Source: an uncultured Thermoplasmata archaeon
GTDB taxonomy: Archaea; Thermoplasmatota; Thermoplasmata; UBA10834
Assembly (NCBI GenBank): GCA_964568665.1
Contig: CAZMPY010000005.1
Coordinates: forward strand, 64,742-128,741
Reading direction: 5' to 3'
Length of the DNA stretch: 64,000 nt
Part shown: in pieces, positions 1 to 7,057 of the stretch
Layout: every line of letters starts with the position of its first letter
Position numbering within the stretch: position 1 is the stretch's first letter
Program-made: the position numbers and the translations under genes
Notes under the pieces: generated by a model
Database searches by the model: none
Seen by the model: the letters and a program-made list of their open reading frames with translations, nothing else
Told to the model about the DNA's origin: nothing

Positions 1-1
1 A

Positions 2-217
2 TATGGGAGAAAGGGGAAAGGAGGTCACGCCGGTGGTCGCTATATCTGGTACTTGTCCAGAGCCGAAGAACTCGTGTTCTGCTGGAAGCCATTTGCGGAC
101 AAAGGGGCGGACCCAAAGGAACTAGAGTGCCACATGTTGAGATCATTCATGAATAGCCACGAGAATAGGCTGCCGTTCGCAAATCACAAATTTGAGTGCA
201 CTGAGAATGATCTCTAG
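2..217 (+). CDS. 3' end of a CDS cut by the window edge; possible GIY-YIG-like nuclease C-terminal part
   Basis: Frame 2 is open from the window edge to TAG at 215-217 (absent from the ORF track because no start lies in the window). The translation ...GGRYIWYLSRAEELVFCWKPF...ELECHMLRSFMNSHENRLPFANHKFE loosely resembles the E-x3-L...P-x-x-N end of GIY-YIG modules. This is a weak pattern match only. Confidence 0.25.
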   Translation, partial: YGRKGKGGHAGGRYIWYLSRAEELVFCWKPFADKGADPKELECHMLRSFMNSHENRLPFANHKFECTENDL

Positions 218-691
218 ACATACATCAGCAGGGAGTACGGGACAGACCATAGGACGGCATCTCCGATTCACAGTCACTGACTTGATTGGGAACAGTGAAA
301 GCCATTCAGAGTCGATATGATCTAGACGCTAGAAGAACGAGATCATCTGGAACTACTATCACATGGTAGTCAGCCCGGAAACCAGACAATGAAGAACCAC
401 AATAGGGTGGCAGAGTCGCACATTCACATCCAATAGGATGTACATTGAGAGAGGTCATAGCGTCATAGAGAGAGATGAGGCCTTTACTACGATCTCCCCT
501 CCAACTCCAGAATGAAGACTAGATCTAGGCTAGTGTTCGGGATTCGAGTCCTGCTGGGTCACTACAGCTATGCTAGCTCTTTCTCAATCAGCGGGGATTG
601 AGATTTCGGAGAATGCTCCTCACTCAAGTCTAATATATGCCAATCAGGTTACGAAAGCGCATCCAATTAGATTCGTGGAGGAGAGATACAA

Positions 692-1576
692 ATGAATGAC
701 TGGCTCGAAGGCAGAGAACTCTTGGCCCTTAATTGGCTGGTAGCCAACAGCGATGACTGCACAACAGAGACCACAAAAGGCTGGAATGAGGTGCAACAGG
801 GGCTGGCAGAGAACGCGGGTATCATAGATGAGGGTGGCTGTCGGAAGGTGTTAGAGACACTAACCGTTATGAATTTCATTGAGGGCAGCCATGGTTCTAC
901 CCTCAAGAGCTACGGTAGAGATTACACCACACCAGAAGTCCCAACTTACATATGGAAGCCCACTAAGAGGGGTATGGAGCAGGTAAGAAGAGAACGCCCT
1001 CGTCTGATTGTCTTGATGACTCGACTTCTTACCGGAAATGGAGCGATGGAGAAATCGATAGAGCAGGAGACAGTGCTAGAACGACTTGGAATTGAAGAGA
1101 CCATCGGGAACTCGATTGTAGAGCAACTTCATGAGGATGGAGAACTAGCTGTCCAGTTTGGAGGAACCATGCTTACGACCGCAAAAGGGGCATCAAAGGC
1201 GCTAGTTCCTCCACCCCCTACTGTAATTGATGAAGGAAGCAGATCCATCGTAGTATCCGGGGATGGGAATATGGTAATGACAGATTCTCCTGGGGCAAGC
1301 CAGAAGATGATTGAACAAGGGATATCTTCAGACCAGCTGATGTCCCTAATTGAGCATCTATCGGGATCTGCTGGAAGACTTCAGCTTATTGAGGAGAAGC
1401 AGAAGGAGCTCGAAAATGCAATCTCAGATCTCAGGGAAGAATCTGCGAAGGAGACACCTAGTCAAGGCAGGATAAAGGGGATTCTGAAGAAGATCTCGGC
1501 AATAGTCAAGACAGGAGGAGACGCCATGGTTGTAGCTAATGTCCTAAAGATCCTGCTTCCCCTGATCGTAATGTAG
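692..1576 (+). CDS. hypothetical protein (helical, coiled-coil region, hydrophobic C-terminal tail)
   Basis: 294-aa ORF. The ATG at 692 is preceded by GGAGGAG. No catalytic motif recognised. The C-terminus AMVVANVLKILLPLIVM is hydrophobic. Confidence 0.6.
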   Translation: MNDWLEGRELLALNWLVANSDDCTTETTKGWNEVQQGLAENAGIIDEGGCRKVLETLTVMNFIEGSHGSTLKSYGRDYTTPEVPTYIWKPTKRGMEQVRRERPRLIVLMTRLLTGNGAMEKSIEQETVLERLGIEETIGNSIVEQLHEDGELAVQFGGTMLTTAKGASKALVPPPPTVIDEGSRSIVVSGDGNMVMTDSPGASQKMIEQGISSDQLMSLIEHLSGSAGRLQLIEEKQKELENAISDLREESAKETPSQGRIKGILKKISAIVKTGGDAMVVANVLKILLPLIVM

Positions 1577-1827
1577 CCCCAACTGAAGCATCAAGTCGAA
1601 TGGCCACTACTTCGAAGGATATTGGACTGCGCCTGCCGTTCTTGACGGCCAGGCTGTCAACGAGCACCTCACCCCCCATTCCAACTTTGTATAGGCAGGT
1701 ATACATGATCCAAGAGGTCCATCGGTACTACCCCCATTGTAACATCGCATAGGGCAGGACACTTGGAGCGCCCGCTTCTCAGAAGGTGCAGCCCGATAGC
1801 CACCGTCACGGAAAGAATTATCATACG

Positions 1828-3030
1828 ATGACCTCAATCCCGCCCGTATCTGGTGACCGAATGGGGGAGAATGGTAGCATACCAACCATTGTGGCAAAGG
1901 CCGTTGTCGCATTAGCCGTCTTCCTCTTGGTATTCAGAGAGGCGTACAGAATAGCCGAACCACAAGTCGGCGGATGGTCATCAGTCATCCTCGCCGTAAT
2001 CACAGTAGCGATCGTAGAGGCCTCAGTATTTGGCGTCCTCAGTATCATTCCCAGCTGGAAACACAAGAAGAAGAGCGAATACGGTCAGGAAGAACACAAC
2101 TTCAGAGTGAAGTCTGCGCGAGCTAGATACTGCGAGCTTGGCATAGACGTTTCCAGCGGGCTCCTCAAAGCTCTGCCACCATTAGCAGTGACAAATCTGG
2201 CAGTCATCCTAGCCCTCAACCAATGGCTAGGCAAGGCGGCTCCGGAGGACATGTCCGACATCGAAAGGCTAGTTGACATCGCAAAGACATCATTCTCGTT
2301 CTTCGCTCTCGCTTTCCTGGCCGCGGCAATCCTCGCATGGAGACTGACGCCTGTCCGAGTAAAGAACGAAAGACACGCAGAATTGTCTAACATCAACGTC
2401 CTGGCAATAAAGACAGATGCGCTTGCCGCTCTAACAGTCTACAAAGGGGGAATGCCACGCCTTCAGCTTTCCACATTGAGACAAGGCGCCTTTGACGACA
2501 CAGGAAGACTAAACGAACAATGGACCAAACCGAACTGGAGAATTCACTCATCCGTGTCTGTAAAGATGCAGCAGAATCTTGCAGACCTCTATCCAGACCT
2601 CGTCAAAGAGATGGACATACTGCCAACGCTGATGGCGCAATATGTCAAGGACTTCAATACATACTCGACCGCATTTCAGACGGCATACGAGTCTCATCAG
2701 GGTCATAAAAACGGCTCCAGGCAACCGATCATGGACAACCACGCAAAGGGAAGAATCATCGGCTCGTACTTCTGGTACTCTGGTGAAATCCTAAGTCTGC
2801 AAGACCTAAACTATGTCAAACCGGACATAGTTCAAGAAGAAACAGCCAAGCAGTTTCTTCAAGAGTTCATCGAGGGCGATTCCTCAGATAGCAATAGTGT
2901 TTCAAACATGCAAAACCTGGACGAACTCAAGCAGCTGGCACAGATTGCACAAAAAACATGGAAAGAAGCACTGGATGAATACAACAAGATAATCAGCATT
3001 ATTGATGAAATTCATCGACGGAAAGCCTGA
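1828..3030 (+). CDS. hypothetical multi-pass membrane protein with long soluble helical C-terminal region
   Basis: ORF 1786..3030. First ATG at 1828 (alternatives: ATG 1861, GTG 1786). Hydrophobic segments AKAVVALAVFLLVF, SVILAVITVAIVEASVFGVLSII, LPPLAVTNLAVILAL and FSFFALAFLAAAILAW. No recognisable family. Confidence 0.55.
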   Translation: MTSIPPVSGDRMGENGSIPTIVAKAVVALAVFLLVFREAYRIAEPQVGGWSSVILAVITVAIVEASVFGVLSIIPSWKHKKKSEYGQEEHNFRVKSARARYCELGIDVSSGLLKALPPLAVTNLAVILALNQWLGKAAPEDMSDIERLVDIAKTSFSFFALAFLAAAILAWRLTPVRVKNERHAELSNINVLAIKTDALAALTVYKGGMPRLQLSTLRQGAFDDTGRLNEQWTKPNWRIHSSVSVKMQQNLADLYPDLVKEMDILPTLMAQYVKDFNTYSTAFQTAYESHQGHKNGSRQPIMDNHAKGRIIGSYFWYSGEILSLQDLNYVKPDIVQEETAKQFLQEFIEGDSSDSNSVSNMQNLDELKQLAQIAQKTWKEALDEYNKIISIIDEIHRRKA

Positions 3031-3302
3031 GTGTCGAACCCAGGCAGCCGCCCAGTCTGCTGCAGACCAAAAGAAGAAATGCAAAGGGTTTGACACTATC
3101 TCTCGAAACGGTTCCTCGGCAAGAAATTCCGGTCCGTGGAATTTCGGACCACTAGCCAGTCGTCTTCGTGGCACCTAATCCCATTGAACCCACAATAGGA
3201 CCGCAGTCTATGGACAATTCACGGGCATACAAGTTGTATCGATGCACACTCTTCCCACAGAACACTCAGTTAGCATGAATTGGAGCGGCCGTACGTAACG
3301 AT

Positions 3303-3403
3303 GAGAGGCATCGAGAGGGAAGAAGACGGATTGGAGAGGCATTCTCAGACCTTTAAATTCCGTTGAATCAGTATGCCTCTTGGGTCCGTCTCGGATGCCT
3401 CTC
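3303..3403. repeat. imperfect ~100-nt nested inverted repeat (three stacked helices), intergenic
   Basis: gagaggcatc (3303-3312) pairs with gatgcctctc (3394-3403). agacgga (3324-3330) pairs with tccgtct (3385-3391). agaggcat (3335-3342) pairs with atgcctct (3373-3380). A 16-nt direct repeat agacggattggagagg occurs at 3324-3339 and 3411-3426. Confidence 0.6.
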
Positions 3404-3689
3404 GATCTAGAGACGGATTGGAGAGGGAAAAGACGCATCGGGTCTCGGGGCGATTAATCGGCCGTTTCTCGAGTGAAATCCTGGTTACAGAATAAAAAAC
3501 GAGTAAGGAGTTTGGCTCGGAGGTAAAACCACTTGATTGACGAAAAGCCAGACGTTTCGATATGCACACGGCTCCGTGCACACCGCGACATCCGACCGCT
3601 GGTTCACATGCGATAGCATGCACGCGATAGAGGACCATTGCAGTGGAGAGAAGCCCTTAAGCCGTCGAGGACAATTCAGATTCAGGAGA

Positions 3690-3974
3690 ATGGCGATGAA
3701 GTGTCCTCACTGCGGCAAGAATAACCTGTTGCCTTTCGCTATGGTATGTAGATTCTGCGACAATGACATGAGTGAGCCGGCCAGCTCTGCAAACCTTGTC
3801 ACTTCGGACTCTGGTGCGGAGGGCGACGTGCATGAATTGGATAGAATCGCAAATGCGTTGGAGAGAATTGCCTCCGCGACTGAGAAGATTTTCCATCTCA
3901 TGCTAATCGTGGTATTGCTTAGTCTGTCTTCACTGGGAGTCATCTTGTTTATTGGGTATTGGACCATTCCATGA
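3690..3974 (+). CDS. small zinc-ribbon protein with C-terminal transmembrane helix
   Basis: Within ORF 3537..3974. The ATG at 3690 is preceded by AGGAG (3684-3688). CPHCG...CRFCD zinc-ribbon motif. C-terminal hydrophobic segment LMLIVVLLSLSSLGVILFIGYW. Confidence 0.6.
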   Translation: MAMKCPHCGKNNLLPFAMVCRFCDNDMSEPASSANLVTSDSGAEGDVHELDRIANALERIASATEKIFHLMLIVVLLSLSSLGVILFIGYWTIP

Positions 3975-4255
3975 ATGTCTGAGAAGGAGAAGCCGCCTTA
4001 CGCCGTCGTGAACGATTCGGAGACGGAGGAACGGCATTCGAGGAGGCGGTGATGGAGTCAGAATGGTGCGAACACCATGGAAAAGGAGTTTGACTGGAAC
4101 ACTGAATCGCCATACTGAGAAATGGCAGTAGTCAATGCATAGATTCGGCTCCCAGCACTGAATCGACAGATCCTCCAACGAACCCGCGCATCATTCTCAG
4201 GATCGTGAACCTTCAATATGGAGGATATGTTTATCGTAACCAGATAAGATGACAG

Positions 4256-4687
4256 ATGGCATATTCACCGAGGCCCAGAATGAAGAACCACCTAATCGCG
4301 CCTTGCGGAATGAACTGTGGCATATGTCTTGGCTATCTCAGAGATCGCAACAGATGCCCTGGCTGCAGGAGAATGGATGAGAGAGACTCCGGTCATTGCA
4401 GAAAATGCATCATAAGAGAGTGCCTGGTCCTTCAAGACCATAGGCTCAAGTTCTGTTCTGAAAGATGCGACAAGTATCCATGCAAGCGTCTCAAGGATCT
4501 TGACAGGAGATACCGCACAAAATATGGCATGAGCATGATAGGGAACCTTGAGAACATCGAGAAGACAGGCATAAGGGATTTCGTCAAGAAGGAAAGAACG
4601 AGATGGAAATGCGAGAAGTGCGGAAACACCATATGTGTGCATAGGGATCTCTGCCTGAAATGTGGAACAAGAAGAACGATTGTATGA
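4256..4687 (+). CDS. Cys-rich DUF3795-like protein
   Basis: 143-aa ORF. N-terminal APCGMNCGICLGYL motif, several further CxxC pairs, and a C-terminal CEKCG...CLKCG ribbon. Family assigned from memory of the DUF3795 CGxxCxxC signature. Confidence 0.65.
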   Translation: MAYSPRPRMKNHLIAPCGMNCGICLGYLRDRNRCPGCRRMDERDSGHCRKCIIRECLVLQDHRLKFCSERCDKYPCKRLKDLDRRYRTKYGMSMIGNLENIEKTGIRDFVKKERTRWKCEKCGNTICVHRDLCLKCGTRRTIV

Positions 4688-4903
4688 ATCAGAATGAATG
4701 AACAAGAAGACTCTCAGCCTCCAAATCACAAGAATCGAGAGATGACATGATATCGACGGACAACGCCATCGAATTCAAGAAGCTGATAGAGCACTGATGA
4801 GGTCGTCGGTCAGGTAATCTCAAAGTCGGCGCCCTGCACATCACGGTCTCCCTCAAGTCCCGGTCCCTGAATGCGGGCTCCGACATGTCGTGACGGAACG
4901 CAT

Positions 4904-5060
4904 TCAATCCTTCTCGAAGATGAACAGCTCATCCATAGAGGTCTTCAGGACCTCCGCGATGTCGTGAGCGAGCTTCAGGGACGGGATGTATTTGCCGTTC
5001 TCGATGAACAGGATCGTTTCACGCCGGACTCCTATCTTCCCCGTTCAGGCGTAAAAGACG
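4904..5060 (-). pseudogene. remnant of a small XRE-family helix-turn-helix regulator (no start codon, N-terminus lost)
   Basis: My own minus-strand translation gives ...[45 protein letters not shown], with the stop at 4904-4906. This matches the typical ~65-aa XRE core (LGVSRQTI..IE.GKY.PSL.LA.KIA..). The upstream in-frame sequence has a stop and no Met. Confidence 0.4.
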
Positions 5061-5407
5061 GGTACCAAGGACAAGGAAGGAATCATAGATATCGATGACG
5101 TCGAGATCACCCTTCTCCCACTATGGAGACTTCTTCTTCAGACATGAGCGCTCATTCGTAATCAGGCGAGACAATGCATTCGCCGTGGCTGCAGCCTGAA
5201 CACTGATTCGCATGAACACACTAGAATGTGCGAGGGCCCGGACATTGACCCAGAATGTGCAGGTGTCTAAATGTTGGAGCTTGAAAAATCAAGGTCGAAT
5301 TCCTTACCGGCAGAGAATCAGCATTCTGAAGGACAATGAGAATGAGAGGCTGGTTGTCTCTCACCAGACTAATTCAGATTCCTCCGGCTCAACGATCGCT
5401 CTGCACT

Positions 5408-5854
5408 CTAGTAGCTGTGCTCCCATTCGACAATTCCGAGCCGGAATATGTTAATCTGCAATACTCCCCCATCGCTCAGTAAGAATGGACACTCAAATTC
5501 CTGCCCTGGAAAGACAGAATACCGGAACGTGATCCCCCTCTCATCGAATCCCTTGAACTCGTGAATCTCTGTCCCATTGGAGATCACCGTCCCACTAGCC
5601 AACTTCACTCCGGTGTCGCTGATGACTATCTCATACTGGACATCCTCTGAATAGCATATGCTATTGACTTGTATCACGGCTTTGTTGGTGAGTCCCTCGA
5701 ATACATCAGTGCATAAGTAAGTCAGTGCAAGTGAAGTAACCACAACAATAGCGACTCCCACGGCAGTCAGCTTGGCCAATCTGAGTCTGCTTTTATCAGC
5801 TGCAGCCTTTCTATCATTTGTTGAATCAACCTGTCCCAACGCCACGCCCACCAA
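5408..5854 (-). CDS. hypothetical membrane-anchored protein
   Basis: 148-aa ORF. Only TTG/GTG starts are available near the 5' end. One N-terminal TM segment (LTAVGVAIVVVTSLALTYL) followed by a beta-rich region. Confidence 0.4.
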   Translation of the reverse strand: MVGVALGQVDSTNDRKAAADKSRLRLAKLTAVGVAIVVVTSLALTYLCTDVFEGLTNKAVIQVNSICYSEDVQYEIVISDTGVKLASGTVISNGTEIHEFKGFDERGITFRYSVFPGQEFECPFLLSDGGVLQINIFRLGIVEWEHSY

Positions 5855-5898
5855 GAGGGAATCGCTCTCGATGGCTTAAATGTTCTTCTCTGGCCTCA

Positions 5899-6965
5899 CT
5901 CTGTAGAAACCCTCTATAAAGCGACATTCTGGGAACGTAGAAACGTCGGCAAGATACGGCCCCTCCTGGAATCAAGTCAGTTCCGGTAAGAGTTGCCTTG
6001 GTTCCAGGATGGACGGCCTTTTGCCGTGGGATGGGAAGATGCCGAACCAGCATAAGCTGGTTCGTATCGTGGCGCGACAGAAGAGGGTCTTGAGGAGGGC
6101 CCGGTACCCTCTTCGGGATCGAAGTACGCGAACCACCTATACTCAGACCACCAACATGTGGTTCTGCTGGCGCTCCGCCAGCACTTCAGGAAGTCGTACA
6201 GGGACTTCTGCGACATTATCGAGGTCTGCACCCCGCTCCTCGCCGAGCTCGGTTTGAAGAGGGTCCCGCACTGGACGACTCTGCATATGCTCTCGAGGAG
6301 GGCGGACACGAGGAGGCTGGAGCGCCTCCTCCTGGGTTTCCTCCAGGAGGCGCGCCTGAGAGTGCTCTATCTGGCCGTCGATTCGACGGGCTTCAGTTCC
6401 ACTTCTGCGAGCACGTACTTCACCAGAGTGCTCGAGTCGAGGAAGAGCAGGCTGGGAGGACACCGTCGAGGTGTCCTGACGCGTCGTCATGTGAAGCAGA
6501 CGGTGGCTGTGGAGGCGAGGAGGCAACAGACCGTCTCGGTGAAGTTCAGGAGGGGCCTATCGAACGACTCGCCGGACTTCTCATGGGTGCTCAAGAAGGT
6601 GCGTCCAGCGGGGCTGCCGGTGAAGTTGGTGGTGACCGACAAGGGTTACGACGCTGAATCGAACCACGAGTACGCCCATAAGGTCCTGGATGCGCAGACA
6701 CTAATCCCGTTGAGGAACCAGGGGGTCGTGGTCTGGATGAGAAGGCGGTATAGGCGGAGGCTTAGGAAGGGGTTCGACGAGCGCGTTTACCATCGGCGGG
6801 TGAAGGTGGAGACGGTGTTCTCGGTGGAGAAGTGGAGGATGGGGCCGGTGGTGCTGGCTCGCGTTTCGAGCCAGCAGCAGAAGGAGCTCATCTTCCGAGC
6901 GATCGCGTACAACTCGTGGAGGTCGAAGACACTCCTTCTTCTCGTCATCGAGGATTTCTACAAAG
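5899..6965 (+). mobile_element. IS5/IS4-superfamily (DDE_Tnp_1-type) insertion sequence, possibly decayed
   Basis: Imperfect terminal inverted repeats: ctctgtagaaaccctc (5899-5914) against the reverse complement of gaggatttctacaaag (6950-6965), 14 of 16 matches. They enclose the DDE transposase ORF. No target-site duplication seen by eye. Confidence 0.55.
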
Positions 6966-7057
6966 CGCGTCAACGGCAAAGTTCATATCTTTGCCTGGTA
7001 TTCTCTGTGTTGCAGGTCTTGGACCTGCGTGGGTTCGAGAGAGGATGGTTAACATGA
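6158..7057 (+). CDS. DDE transposase (IS5/IS4 type)
   Basis: Motifs LAVDSTGF, VVTDKGYDAESNHEY and VETVFSVEKW (D, D, E). GTG start at 6158. The in-frame upstream extension (..KYANHLYSDHQHVV) has no ATG/GTG/TTG and stops at 6053-6055. The ORF reads about 90 nt past the right inverted repeat. Confidence 0.75.
   Translation: MVLLALRQHFRKSYRDFCDIIEVCTPLLAELGLKRVPHWTTLHMLSRRADTRRLERLLLGFLQEARLRVLYLAVDSTGFSSTSASTYFTRVLESRKSRLGGHRRGVLTRRHVKQTVAVEARRQQTVSVKFRRGLSNDSPDFSWVLKKVRPAGLPVKLVVTDKGYDAESNHEYAHKVLDAQTLIPLRNQGVVVWMRRRYRRRLRKGFDERVYHRRVKVETVFSVEKWRMGPVVLARVSSQQQKELIFRAIAYNSWRSKTLLLLVIEDFYKARQRQSSYLCLVFSVLQVLDLRGFERGWLT

Noticed and set aside
521-570. ggattcgagtcc, resembling a tRNA T-loop
   Set aside because: The five bases on either side do not pair, and position 53 is A opposite C61. 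No cloverleaf can be drawn.
6832-7044. N-terminal extension of the Hint protein to the first start at 6832
   Set aside because: The extension overlaps the transposase and the IS right end and has shadow-like composition. The ATG at 7045 has an SD-like GAGAGAGG upstream and yields a proper signal anchor.
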